In this document: one piece after another, positions 9,687-19,827 of the stretch | How the letters are laid out: each line of letters opens with the position of its first letter | Numbering within the stretch: position 1 is the first letter of the stretch | DNA from: an uncultured Pseudobdellovibrionaceae bacterium | Lineage (GTDB): Bacteria > Bdellovibrionota > Bdellovibrionia > Bdellovibrionales > Bdellovibrionaceae | DNA: 58,671 nt | NCBI GenBank assembly: GCA_964522115.1 | Contig: CAZFSX010000001.1 | Coordinates: forward strand, 1-58,671 | Direction: 5' to 3' | Position numbers and translations under genes: made by a program | Notes under the pieces: generated by a model | The model's input: only the letters and a program-made list of their open reading frames with translations | The model's database searches: none | What the model was told of the DNA's origin: nothing

Positions 9687-10553
9687 ATGTCAAACGTCAA
9701 CTGTCCTCGATGTGGTAATTTATCGACAGGTCTTCTTCCGGTGGAAGAGGGTCTGCGTACAGCATTAAAAGATGCCGGAGTCGCCGAAAATCTTCCTGCT
9801 GATATTTGTGGAACATGCTATGCCCAACTTTCAGCCAGTGTTGGGCGTGGAGGAATGCTCCTTGCCAGAGAAAAGGCAAAAGAACAGAACAAATTGATGC
9901 TGTGGAAAAGTCGTGTGAACTTAATTAAAAAAGCTAGAAATCATATGGCTGAAAAAGGTTTTTCCGAAGCAGCTGTTGCATATGAAAAATACATTCGTGT
10001 CCTTGAAATTGTCTTTGATGTTGAAAAGGGACAATTAAGTCCTGAGCTTTTCAAAGATTCTGCTCGAACCCCAGAGCTGACCGTCGTCGCTTCTGTTTAT
10101 TGGGATTTAATGAGGATCTACGACACGAACGATAAGTACAACGACCGACAACAAACTGCCTCAAAAAAACTCACGCAATTTTTGAAGTTTACTCCTATCT
10201 ATCCCGACATTATGCGAAAGGCGGAATCCTTTGCGAAATCAGCAAAAAACCCTGCCGTGTTCAAAAGCTTTGTGAAATCTTCAGCTCAAGCAAAGGGACG
10301 CTGTTTCATCGCCACAAGTGCTTTTGAAAATTGGGAAGCGCCCGAAGTCCTGTACTTACAAGACTTTCGCGATCAGGTTTTGATGAACTCCGTCTGGGGA
10401 CAAGCTTTGATTAACTGCTATTACAGGTATTCTCCTCCATTGGCTTTTTTCATTGATCAGCATCCTGGCTTAAAATTCCCTGTTCAATGGGGTTTGCGTC
10501 AGTTCGTCACCTTGTTAGAAGTACGAAATTTGCGAAAGAATGACTTGCAATGA
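9687..10553 (+). CDS. zinc-ribbon protein with a C-terminal 'CFIATxA' domain (hypothetical)
   Basis: The N terminus has CPRCGN..(30)..CGTC. The C terminus reads GRCFIATSAFENWEAPEVLYLQDFRDQVLMNS..YYRYSPPLAFFI. Confidence 0.6.
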   Translation: MSNVNCPRCGNLSTGLLPVEEGLRTALKDAGVAENLPADICGTCYAQLSASVGRGGMLLAREKAKEQNKLMLWKSRVNLIKKARNHMAEKGFSEAAVAYEKYIRVLEIVFDVEKGQLSPELFKDSARTPELTVVASVYWDLMRIYDTNDKYNDRQQTASKKLTQFLKFTPIYPDIMRKAESFAKSAKNPAVFKSFVKSSAQAKGRCFIATSAFENWEAPEVLYLQDFRDQVLMNSVWGQALINCYYRYSPPLAFFIDQHPGLKFPVQWGLRQFVTLLEVRNLRKNDLQ

Positions 10554-10579
10554 TACCCCGCTCTTTGAGAAGGTAAATC

Positions 10580-11734
10580 ATGTCTGACACAAAAAAAACA
10601 AAATCAAATCATTACGACTACATCATTGTTGGAAGTGGGCTTACAGGCCTGTCTATTGCGGCGAAGTTATCTTCTGAAAATTTGAATGTGCTTCTTCTGG
10701 ATGGTGCTGATACCTATGGCGGATTTAACCACAACATTCATTCTGCAAAACTAGGTGACTTCGACAACGGCTTAAGGTGGTTACCAGATACACAGGCATG
10801 TAAAAATGCGTTGCAATTTCTTTCAAAAACCCTGGGGCAAGAAATCAATTATCATAGAAAAGATTCTGCAGCCGTGACTTTTGAAAATGGCCATTTGCGA
10901 CCTTTTTTGGGCTTTGCAGATACTCCCCCAGCCTTTTACGAACAACTTCGTTATTTTTTAAGCGAAGCTTTTTTGCAAACAGACATCCCTGTCCACCAGT
11001 GGCCAACAAAACTTTTTGAAAAATTTCAAGGCGAATACATGCCACGATCATGGGTGACAAAATTTATCGGAGAAAACCATCGCATCCAGCAAGTGATCGT
11101 CAATGGTCAAAAGTATTTCTCCGCGGATAACTTTATTTATGCAGGACCTGTGCGCGGTTTAAAAACATTACTTCCAGACGATGCTCTCAGCGCGAAAAGC
11201 AAACAAAAACTGGCTAAAAATGATTATTGGACAGCACTGTGCTTAGATCTGATGCACGATCATCATGTGACATCTTCCACTTCTCTGCATGTTTTGAATG
11301 GAACAACTCAAGATGAAATTGGTCCATGTGTTGGACAATTTCAATTTCGAGCTATTGGAGATTGGCAATATTCTCAATGGGTAACATTTTTATCTGATGA
11401 TGATGCGGAAGATTCAGAAGTACTTGGTGCGGCATTAAAAAAAATGAAACGACAAATTAAAAGAGCCTATCCAGCAGCATTTGATAATTTGAAATATGAG
11501 CGCATTTTAGTTGTTCCATCAATGGATGGAAACGGTGATTTAAAAGTTCAAAAGAATATGAATCTGGCTAACTACAATAATTTATTTATTGCCTGCAGCC
11601 AAATGAGCCCAGAAAAAAATCTTGTTGGAAGTCTGCTTCAAGCAGAAAAAATGACATCCCTTTTGCTTGGAAGTCCTTTGTCTGAGATTCAATCCAACGA
11701 GACCGAAGACCTTGATGATCCCATGGAACTTTAA
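10580..11734 (+). CDS. FAD/NAD(P)-binding oxidoreductase (GDI/phytoene-desaturase-like fold)
   Basis: An N-terminal Rossmann dinucleotide motif is present: YDYIIVGSGLTGLSIAAKLS..NVLLLDGADTYGG. Confidence 0.65.
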   Translation: MSDTKKTKSNHYDYIIVGSGLTGLSIAAKLSSENLNVLLLDGADTYGGFNHNIHSAKLGDFDNGLRWLPDTQACKNALQFLSKTLGQEINYHRKDSAAVTFENGHLRPFLGFADTPPAFYEQLRYFLSEAFLQTDIPVHQWPTKLFEKFQGEYMPRSWVTKFIGENHRIQQVIVNGQKYFSADNFIYAGPVRGLKTLLPDDALSAKSKQKLAKNDYWTALCLDLMHDHHVTSSTSLHVLNGTTQDEIGPCVGQFQFRAIGDWQYSQWVTFLSDDDAEDSEVLGAALKKMKRQIKRAYPAAFDNLKYERILVVPSMDGNGDLKVQKNMNLANYNNLFIACSQMSPEKNLVGSLLQAEKMTSLLLGSPLSEIQSNETEDLDDPMEL

Positions 11735-11790
11735 AGTTCCATGGCCTGAAGCTTGCATCCTTCAATTTATGAAATGATTTTCCTGTCCCG

Positions 11791-11820
11791 CAGTCTGTTT
11801 TATTGATTTAAAACAGACTG
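11791..11820 (+). terminator. stem-loop downstream of the oxidoreductase gene
   Basis: A perfect 12-bp stem (CAGTCTGTTTTA / TAAAACAGACTG) encloses a 6-nt loop. It is followed by GGCGGACCTATTTT, so there is no immediate U-tract. Confidence 0.4.
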
Positions 11821-11869
11821 GGCGGACCTATTTTGTCACTGTGACTAACGGTTTGACGGAGGAGGCTAT

Positions 11870-13480
11870 ATGTTGTCCAAAATCTTAAGCCTAAGTTTTT
11901 TTATAAGTTTACCCTCATTTTCGGCTTCATCTGTATCCTGTGCAGATATTTTTGCGTCACAGAGTTCAATGGAGCTTTTCTTAAAAAAGATTCTTGAGAC
12001 ACCCACCGCTGAAACTGCCTCAACGCTCAAGAGCACGGCAAGCAAATCCTTCCAATTTCATCGCCTAAGAGATTTTAAAATTCCTAACGTTCACATTTCC
12101 CATGCCGTGTACTTCTCAGAGGGGCAACTGATGCTGATCGAAATTGACAAAGAGGGAAAGCGACCAATTCAACATATCAAAGGTTCTCATTTTAAGGATC
12201 ATGAGGTCGCGGTTGTAGATCTGAGAAGTGGTCATATTGTTTCTCTCTCGTCTCAATTTAAAAATATGGATGATATCGATATCCCAACCTTTGAATCCTC
12301 AGGATTAATTCAGCCTCGTCTGTCAGCAAAAAATCAACTTCTTCCCCAGCTACTGGTGGAACCCAAAAAAAAGATGAGTCAACACGCTGATTTAAAAAAT
12401 ATGCTGCCTTACCAAGCTCCTTTGGTTGGAGCCCTAAATATCCAACAATTCAGAATGGGTCGATCCGCATTCCCTCTTCGCGACCGCCTGTTTGTACATG
12501 ATACGTTTCTGATGATCCCAGAAAAAAATCCTGCAGACTTAACCCAATTACAAACTATCGATCCAACCGTCAAATCCACAAATAGCGACCATGTTGCTCT
12601 TGGCATCTTTGATCACTCAAGTCCGCATAATTTGTACCGAACCGTGCCTCAGCACAAACTAGAAAAAAGCCAAAACTTGTTTCTTTATCCTCGTGAAGAA
12701 GAAATTAAAAATTATACGTTGAATTCTCGTTTTTTTGCCGGGATGGTCAACGAAGGCCAGCTAAAAATTAGAATTTGGTCAACCCGCAATGGAAAAATCA
12801 TTAAGGATTTACCTACGGATATCTTTCAGTATTTTGACACGGATCAAGCCCTTTCGCTGTACAGCTCTGCTCAGGGACGATGGCTTGTTGTTTTTTCAAA
12901 TCAAACACTTTTAATTTTCGATGGCCATACTTTGGAACTTCAGGAAGCACGCCAGACGCCAAGTCATTTTATCAATCAAGTTATTTTTAGTGATTCTGAA
13001 AATGCGATCGCTTTCCAAGATAAATACCATGTCTTTCTATGGCATAAGGAAACTCCCGATCAGTTCACGACCAATCCTCCAACAAACTTCAAGGTTGACG
13101 TTTTATCAACACAAGGAATTTCCCAATGGATTTCATTGCCCTCAGACCAGGTCATTTTATTAAAGCCCATCCTTCCACAAGATTCCGATTTCCATTCAAA
13201 CCAAGAAATGACCAGAGAAAAACTTGAAGAACAATTTGGATTGAGACCATCGTCCCACCGATGGCGCGCATTTAAGGCCAAGGAACGGAATCAACTCAAC
13301 ACAATGATGGAAGTCGCTCCTTCAAAAGATTCTCATTTTACCTTAAACATGTTGCCTACGGATCTTCCAACCACGGCATTCAGTGCGGGCAACCATTCCT
13401 TCATAAGCTATACAAACCAATCCGACGGCACCGCTGAATTTGTTCTTGTCAAAGTATGGAGAAAAACCATTGAACCCTAA
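11870..13480 (+). CDS. exported hypothetical protein (paralogue A)
   Basis: GGAGGAGG RBS, then a signal peptide followed by SCADIF. It shares motifs with the next ORF (see findings). Confidence 0.6.
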   Translation: MLSKILSLSFFISLPSFSASSVSCADIFASQSSMELFLKKILETPTAETASTLKSTASKSFQFHRLRDFKIPNVHISHAVYFSEGQLMLIEIDKEGKRPIQHIKGSHFKDHEVAVVDLRSGHIVSLSSQFKNMDDIDIPTFESSGLIQPRLSAKNQLLPQLLVEPKKKMSQHADLKNMLPYQAPLVGALNIQQFRMGRSAFPLRDRLFVHDTFLMIPEKNPADLTQLQTIDPTVKSTNSDHVALGIFDHSSPHNLYRTVPQHKLEKSQNLFLYPREEEIKNYTLNSRFFAGMVNEGQLKIRIWSTRNGKIIKDLPTDIFQYFDTDQALSLYSSAQGRWLVVFSNQTLLIFDGHTLELQEARQTPSHFINQVIFSDSENAIAFQDKYHVFLWHKETPDQFTTNPPTNFKVDVLSTQGISQWISLPSDQVILLKPILPQDSDFHSNQEMTREKLEEQFGLRPSSHRWRAFKAKERNQLNTMMEVAPSKDSHFTLNMLPTDLPTTAFSAGNHSFISYTNQSDGTAEFVLVKVWRKTIEP

Positions 13481-13520
13481 CCATCAAACTGCTATCACCT
13501 AGCATCACGAGGGGTTACGT

Positions 13521-15035
13521 GTGCAATTAATTTTGGAAAGAATATTTTTATTTGCTGTTGGGTTCCTTCCATCAGCAGCTTTCGGTCAAAGCTGCGATCA
13601 AATCTTTCCAAACTCATCCCCCTTGGAAAATTCCCATCGCCAAAAGACTCAATCCTGGTTATCTGAAATACTTTCTTCCAATCTTTTGCCAGAAGCTTCG
13701 AAGTCCGATGGAAAATCGGTGGATTTTTCATTTCAGTTAGTTCGTAAAAAAATCCTATTAAAAGAGGAAATCAAGGGCGTATTGTCGGGTGACGGCCTTT
13801 ATTTTTTTACGCAACCTCAAAGTTTGGATCTCACAAAACCGGACTCACGCCTCTTAGATGTTAGATCAAATGCATGGGCCTCGGTCGATCACGACTATGC
13901 CTCGATCAATCGATCGGCATTCATCCAAAGTGGTGGACCTCTTTGGTCCCGCGGATCCACGATTCAAAAACCTGAAGACAGGCTCCTTTTAAAGCAAAAC
14001 GATGCCTTCCATATCAAATGGTACAATCCCAACGGCACGATCAAGATCGCCCAACGCTTTACATTCCCTGTTCAATCTGCCCTGCAAATTCCATCGCAAA
14101 CCGCTTGGGTTGTTATCCCTGAAAAAAATAGAGATTACTTGGCGGATCTTTGGCAAAGTCAAAATAAGAAAAAAATCCTGTCAGAATATTTCAACCAACC
14201 CATTCTTATTTACGGCCAAGATTCTATGCATAAAGATTTTCGCTTTGTCTTAGAAGATAGCCACCATTTAACTTCGGGCGATGATTTTTTATCACCAACT
14301 CCGACTTGGGCCATCGGACCCCACTTTATCGTTCGAGCTGTATCGACACCTGCAGACTCAATTCATGATTTAAACCCAGAAAAATATCCTTTATTGGAAA
14401 ATACACTCTATGAAAATGAGATCTATTTTTGGAGTGCCCGGAACGGGAAAAAGCTGATCCATCTTTCAAAAAACTTCTTCTTGAAATCCTTGATTGTTGA
14501 TCCTCTTCTGTCTATCAAACTTTCACCTGATGAAAACTTTCTTGCATGTATTTTTAAAAATCATATCCGCTTTTTTCATCTTCCAACAGAAAGCTGGAAA
14601 TCGGTTTTATCTTGGGATCATCTTTCTGCGGAAGGAAATTGGAATCCCGAAGGATCTGTTTTTCTGGCTCAAGATGATTTTCATTTTTTGAAGTTTGAAC
14701 GTGAATCTGGTAACGCATCTGAATTATCATCCTTCTTTGAGGGCCAACAGTTTCACTTTCAAAGTTTGCCTAAAAAGAACTATGGTGAAAACGCAGGAAG
14801 TCCCCATCAGCCCATTCAATGGCTCAACGACCGTGTGTTTGTCTCTCGCCCAGAAGGCCATCAAAAAACAATCATCGTTGATGTTTTGACGGGGAATTCT
14901 CTTCACCAAATTCTTGATCATTTACCAGGCCTTATCTTTAACAATAGCAACATAGCGTATCGCGTTATTCGCTCCGAAGGTTCCACTTCCTATCAGCTTG
15001 AAGTGTATCAGAAGGTCCATCAGCAGCCTAAATAG
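13521..15035 (+). CDS. exported hypothetical protein (paralogue B)
   Basis: GTG start after GAGGGG, then a signal peptide followed by SCDQIF. It shares motifs with the preceding ORF. Confidence 0.6.
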   Translation: MQLILERIFLFAVGFLPSAAFGQSCDQIFPNSSPLENSHRQKTQSWLSEILSSNLLPEASKSDGKSVDFSFQLVRKKILLKEEIKGVLSGDGLYFFTQPQSLDLTKPDSRLLDVRSNAWASVDHDYASINRSAFIQSGGPLWSRGSTIQKPEDRLLLKQNDAFHIKWYNPNGTIKIAQRFTFPVQSALQIPSQTAWVVIPEKNRDYLADLWQSQNKKKILSEYFNQPILIYGQDSMHKDFRFVLEDSHHLTSGDDFLSPTPTWAIGPHFIVRAVSTPADSIHDLNPEKYPLLENTLYENEIYFWSARNGKKLIHLSKNFFLKSLIVDPLLSIKLSPDENFLACIFKNHIRFFHLPTESWKSVLSWDHLSAEGNWNPEGSVFLAQDDFHFLKFERESGNASELSSFFEGQQFHFQSLPKKNYGENAGSPHQPIQWLNDRVFVSRPEGHQKTIIVDVLTGNSLHQILDHLPGLIFNNSNIAYRVIRSEGSTSYQLEVYQKVHQQPK

Positions 15036-15129
15036 ACAGCCTGATTCGAAGGTTTATCTTGCGTCTTCGCCTACCTGCATGTTAACACCGACAGTCTAAA
15101 TTACTCACTTTTTAGCACAACCAACTGGT

Positions 15130-15166
15130 CTCGAGGATGGTCCTCGAGCGCTTACCCCAAAAGGGG
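15130..15166 (+). promoter_or_regulatory. two stem-loops in the rpsB 5' leader
   Basis: CTCGAGGA-TGG-TCCTCGAG (15130-15148) and CCCC-AAAA-GGGG (15155-15166) lie about 40-75 nt upstream of the rpsB ATG. Confidence 0.3.
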
Positions 15167-15204
15167 TCCCTGCTGAAAAGGTGGCCTAACCAGAAGGAGA
15201 AAAT

Positions 15205-16152
15205 ATGGCACAAGTAACGATGAAAGATATGTTGGACGCCGGCGTCCACTTTGGACACCAAACTCAACGTTGGAATCCAAAAATGAAACCTTATGTCTAC
15301 ACAGCTCGTGGAGGCATTCATATCATCGATCTTCAAAAAACTGTCAGCAAAGCAAATAGCGCTGCTGAGTTTATTAAAGAGGTTGCAGCAAAGGGTGGAA
15401 AAATCATTTTTGTTGGAACAAAAAAACAAGCTGTAGAACCCATTCTTGAAGCTGCTGCAAAATGCGGTCAATTCCACGTTACAAAACGCTGGTTGGGTGG
15501 AATGTTGACAAACTTTGAAACAATCAAATCAAGCATCGACCGCTTGAAACGCATCGATCAAATGCGTGAAAAAGGCGAACTTGACTACTACGGAAAAAAA
15601 GAACGCTCTAAAATCGAAAAAGAATCTGTACGTCTTGCTGATTTCTTAAGCGGTATCCGCGATATGAAAGAAACTCCAGCGGCGATGTTTGTTGTTGATT
15701 TGCCTAAAGAACACATTGCTGTTGCAGAAGCAAAACGCCTTGGAATGACTGTGATCGGCATTGCTGACACAAATTCGAATCCTGAAGAAATCCAATTTCC
15801 AATTCCTGGAAATGATGATGCTATTCGCTCGATCAAACTTTTTGCAAACTTGATTGCTGATGCTTACCTTGAAGGAGCAAAAGACTACGAACAACGTCTT
15901 CGTGCTCAAACAGACAAAGCGTCTGACGTTGCTGCTGCAAAAGATGCGAAAGAAGAAAAAGCACCTGCTGCTGACAAGCGCCGTGGACGTGCTCCAGCGA
16001 AAGCTGCTGCAACTGAGAAAAAATCTTCTGGACCAGAAGTTGTTCGCGTGAATAAACCACGCAAATTGGTTGCTGCGGGTATGGCGGAAATCGTTGAAAT
16101 CCAAGCTGAGCTTGAAAACGAAACATCTTCAACAGAAGGCGATAACAACTAA
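15205..16152 (+). CDS. rpsB: 30S ribosomal protein S2 with a Lys/Ala/Glu-rich C-terminal extension
   Basis: The N terminus (MKDMLDAGVHFGHQTQRWNPKM..YVYTARGGIHIIDL) is canonical S2, and AAGGAG precedes the ATG. About 80 extra C-terminal residues are low complexity. Confidence 0.95.
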   Translation: MAQVTMKDMLDAGVHFGHQTQRWNPKMKPYVYTARGGIHIIDLQKTVSKANSAAEFIKEVAAKGGKIIFVGTKKQAVEPILEAAAKCGQFHVTKRWLGGMLTNFETIKSSIDRLKRIDQMREKGELDYYGKKERSKIEKESVRLADFLSGIRDMKETPAAMFVVDLPKEHIAVAEAKRLGMTVIGIADTNSNPEEIQFPIPGNDDAIRSIKLFANLIADAYLEGAKDYEQRLRAQTDKASDVAAAKDAKEEKAPAADKRRGRAPAKAAATEKKSSGPEVVRVNKPRKLVAAGMAEIVEIQAELENETSSTEGDNN

Positions 16153-16202
16153 GGTTGTTATCCCTTTTTGTAAATCTGGAATTATTTTAAAGGAGTTGGA
16201 AA

Positions 16203-16856
16203 ATGAGTATTTCTGCAACGATGGTAAAAGAACTGCGTGAAAAAACAAACGCGGGAATGATGGATTGTAAAAAAGCCCTTGAAGAAGCAAAAGGTGATTT
16301 CGAAGCTGCAATTGAATGGCTTCGCAAAAAAGGCTTGGCTTCTGCTGCTAAAAAAGCGGATCGCTTGGCCTCTGAAGGACTTGTTCATTCTTACATCCAC
16401 GGCGAAGGAAAAGTTGGCGTGATGTTGGAAGTTAACTCCGAAACAGACTTTGTTGCTCGAAATGAACAATTTAAAGCTTTTGTGAATGACATTGCTCTTC
16501 ATATTGCAGCAATGAGCCCAATTGCAATTTCTACAGATGAAGTTCCTGCGGCTTTGATTGCAAAAGAAAAAGAAATTCTTCGTGCAAAAAATATCGAACA
16601 AGGCAAAAAAGCTGAAATGGTGGACAAAATTGTAGAAGGCCAAATTAAGAAATGGTTGTCTGAAGTTTGCTTACTTGAGCAATCTTTTGTTAAAAATCCA
16701 GATCTTAAAATTGCTGATTATTTGAAAGAAACCGTTGCTCGCATCGGTGAAAACTTAGTCATTCGTCGTTTTGTTCGTTATGAATTGGGTGAAGGTTTGG
16801 AAAAACGTTCCAATAACTTTGCTGAAGAAGTTGCTGCTCAAACGAAGGGGCACTAA
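16203..16856 (+). CDS. tsf: elongation factor Ts (short form)
   Basis: It begins SATMVKELREKTNAGMMDCKKAL and continues ..GKVGVMLEVNSETDFVARNEQF... It lies directly after rpsB. Confidence 0.9.
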   Translation: MSISATMVKELREKTNAGMMDCKKALEEAKGDFEAAIEWLRKKGLASAAKKADRLASEGLVHSYIHGEGKVGVMLEVNSETDFVARNEQFKAFVNDIALHIAAMSPIAISTDEVPAALIAKEKEILRAKNIEQGKKAEMVDKIVEGQIKKWLSEVCLLEQSFVKNPDLKIADYLKETVARIGENLVIRRFVRYELGEGLEKRSNNFAEEVAAQTKGH

Positions 16857-17570
<714 letters not shown>

Positions 17571-17589
17571 CTTCGCAAGGAGAAACAAC

Positions 17590-18147
17590 ATGCTTAATAA
17601 CTTAAAAAATTCGACTCAAGAAAAAATGAATAAAGCGACAGAAGCTCTGTCCAATGAACTCAAAAAAGTTCGCACAGGTCGAGCTCAGGTCAGCATGCTT
17701 GATAATATCAAAGTGAATTACTACGGTAGCATCACTCCTCTGAATCAAGTTGCTGCAGTTTCTACACCCGATGCAAAATCTTTTTTAATTTCTCCGTGGG
17801 AAGGTTCTCTTTTAAAAGAAATTGAATCTGCTTTAATCAAAAGTGATATCGGCATGACTCCCATGAATGATGGAAAAGCCATCCGCTTAAAAGTTCCTGA
17901 TTTGACAGAACAACGCCGTAAAGACCTTGTGAAACAAGTTAAAAAACTTTCTGAAGATGCAAAAGTTTCTGTCCGCATGGCTCGTCGCGATGCCAATGAA
18001 GAAGTCAAAAAAGCTTTAAAAGATAAAGCCATCAGTGAAGATGAAAGCAAACGATCCAATGACGAAATTCAGAAAATGACAGACGATTATATTAAAAAAA
18101 TCGACTCTATTACTGAAGAAAAAGAAAAAAGCATTCTTACGATTTAA
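17590..18147 (+). CDS. frr: ribosome recycling factor
   Basis: Motifs: ..LKKVRTGRA..SMLD.IKV.YYGS.TPLNQVA.. and ..LTEQRRKDLVK... Length is 185 aa and AAGGAG precedes the start. Confidence 0.95.
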   Translation: MLNNLKNSTQEKMNKATEALSNELKKVRTGRAQVSMLDNIKVNYYGSITPLNQVAAVSTPDAKSFLISPWEGSLLKEIESALIKSDIGMTPMNDGKAIRLKVPDLTEQRRKDLVKQVKKLSEDAKVSVRMARRDANEEVKKALKDKAISEDESKRSNDEIQKMTDDYIKKIDSITEEKEKSILTI

Positions 18148-18155
18148 GGAACTTC

Positions 18156-18878
18156 ATGCAACTGCCAGAACATATTGCTATCATTATGGATGGAAATGGC
18201 CGCTGGGCACAGTTGCGCAAGAAAGAACGCACCTTTGGGCATATCAAAGGTGCCCGTACAGCGAAAAAAATCATCACTCACTGTTCACGCTTGGGCATTA
18301 AATATTTAACTTTATATGCTTTCAGTTCTGAAAACTGGCTTCGGCCCATGCTGGAAGTGCAATTTCTGATGACCTTACTTCGTCGTTATCTTCGGAAGGA
18401 AACCTTGAATCTTGTGAAGGAAAATATTCGCTTTTCTGTCATGGGTGACCTTTCAAAACTTCCTGCAGATATTCAGATCGCCATTGCTCAAACTCAAGTT
18501 GCAACACAAAACTGTACTGGTTTGCAGGTTTGCTTCGCTCTCAGCTATGGATCTAGGCAAGAAATGATTCATTCTTTTCAAAAAATTGCAAAACAGATCG
18601 AAGCTGGTGAATTAAAATCACAGGATATCAACGAAGACTTAATCCATCAGAATCTTTATCTACCAGAATTCCCAGATCCTGATCTGATTCTTCGCACAAG
18701 TGGAGAAAAACGTCTTTCCAACTTTTTACTATGGCAAGCCGCCTATAGTGAATTTTATTTTTCAAAAGCTCTATGGCCTGATTTTACTACTCAAGATCTG
18801 GATATAGCGATAGCATCGTATCTACAACGCGAAAGAAGATACGGAGCCATTGTTCAGCATGAAAACTCTCATCACTAG
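18156..18878 (+). CDS. uppS: di-trans,poly-cis-undecaprenyl-diphosphate synthase
   Basis: Motifs: HIAIIMDGNGRWA, LTLYAFSSENW, DLILRTSGEKRLSNFLLWQAAYSEFYF. Confidence 0.9.
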   Translation: MQLPEHIAIIMDGNGRWAQLRKKERTFGHIKGARTAKKIITHCSRLGIKYLTLYAFSSENWLRPMLEVQFLMTLLRRYLRKETLNLVKENIRFSVMGDLSKLPADIQIAIAQTQVATQNCTGLQVCFALSYGSRQEMIHSFQKIAKQIEAGELKSQDINEDLIHQNLYLPEFPDPDLILRTSGEKRLSNFLLWQAAYSEFYFSKALWPDFTTQDLDIAIASYLQRERRYGAIVQHENSHH

Positions 18879-19677
18879 AATTCTATCCGCCATTGCAGCC
18901 CTGATCCTTGTTGTACTCAATCTATATTATTTCAAAGCTAACGGCGCCATTGGCATGGTCATTCTTGCATCCATTCTTTGTCATCGGGAATACCTAAGGC
19001 TAATTTTTCCAAACTCAACTCCGCCGATTGGAATTAAAACATACTTTTTCTTTGCGTTGATCCCCCTTCTGATTGAACTAGAACACCCTGATGTTGGCCT
19101 ACCAATCCTGTTTTCAAGCCTGCTTGCAGCTTTGTCTATTCAAGTTTTTAATACCGTAGAAAACTCTCTCCAGGCGTCCCTCAATTTATCTCTCCGCTTG
19201 GCTTTCGGTATCATCTATTGCACAGCCCTACCCCTTTTTGTGTTGAAGTTGATCCGCCTTCACTCCGGATTAGATTGGTTTTTGTTTCTTCTGATCAGCG
19301 TCTTAGCCGGTGATACCTTTGCTTATCTTTTTGGACGCCTTTGGGGGACAACAAAACTTTTACCACAGGTCTCACCAAGTAAAACAATCATGGGTTCATT
19401 GGGCGGCTCTGTGGGGTCCTTTATTTGTGGTGGTGCCTACAGCTACATTGCCCTGGGAAGCAGTCCTCGACTTGCTATCACAATGGCATTTATTGCCCTT
19501 GCTGCTGGATTCTTAGGACAAGCCGGAGATCTTTTTGAATCCCTTCTGAAACGGATTGCAAACCGAAAAGACTCGGGAACTCTGATGCCAGGTCATGGAG
19601 GAATTCTGGATCGTCTTGATGGAGTCCTATTTGCTGCACCGTGGATTTATGCTGTTGCTTTTTTTCTAGAAAACTAA
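18859..19677 (+). CDS. cdsA: phosphatidate cytidylyltransferase
   Basis: A polytopic membrane protein with the signature SLLKRIANRKDSGTLMPGHGGILDRLD. The start is ambiguous between TTG 18850 (the track start) and ATG 18859. It overlaps the uppS 3' end. Confidence 0.85.
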   Translation: MKTLITRILSAIAALILVVLNLYYFKANGAIGMVILASILCHREYLRLIFPNSTPPIGIKTYFFFALIPLLIELEHPDVGLPILFSSLLAALSIQVFNTVENSLQASLNLSLRLAFGIIYCTALPLFVLKLIRLHSGLDWFLFLLISVLAGDTFAYLFGRLWGTTKLLPQVSPSKTIMGSLGGSVGSFICGGAYSYIALGSSPRLAITMAFIALAAGFLGQAGDLFESLLKRIANRKDSGTLMPGHGGILDRLDGVLFAAPWIYAVAFFLEN

Positions 19678-19827
19678 CTTAAATTAAAATATTTTTTGAC
19701 CCTTTGATCTATAGGAAACGACCTTGGTCTAGCCCTTGATTCTGTCACTTTATGCCATTGTCCTTCTGTCGAAATCATCATAAACTAATCACTGTTTTTA
19801 TAGCCAACCAGACCCCAAAAAGGAGTC

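Noticed and set aside
15588-16148. Four long minus-strand ORFs (82-152 aa) plus a plus-strand 65-aa ORF inside rpsB
   Set aside because: They lie antisense or out of frame to a near-certain S2 gene, within its Lys/Ala/Glu-rich repetitive tail, which naturally lacks stops in several frames. They have no RBS and no recognisable motifs.
16182-16643. A 153-aa minus-strand ORF opposite tsf
   Set aside because: It is a shadow ORF of a highly conserved gene. Its Phe/Cys/Asn-rich translation is typical of the antisense of Lys/Glu-rich coding sequence.
19678-19827. Absence of dxr between cdsA and rseP, and of bamA after rseP, in the otherwise canonical rpsB...rseP cluster
   Set aside because: Gene order in this cluster varies between phyla, and absence from one window says nothing about the genome. 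The 150-nt gap shows no gene remnant.
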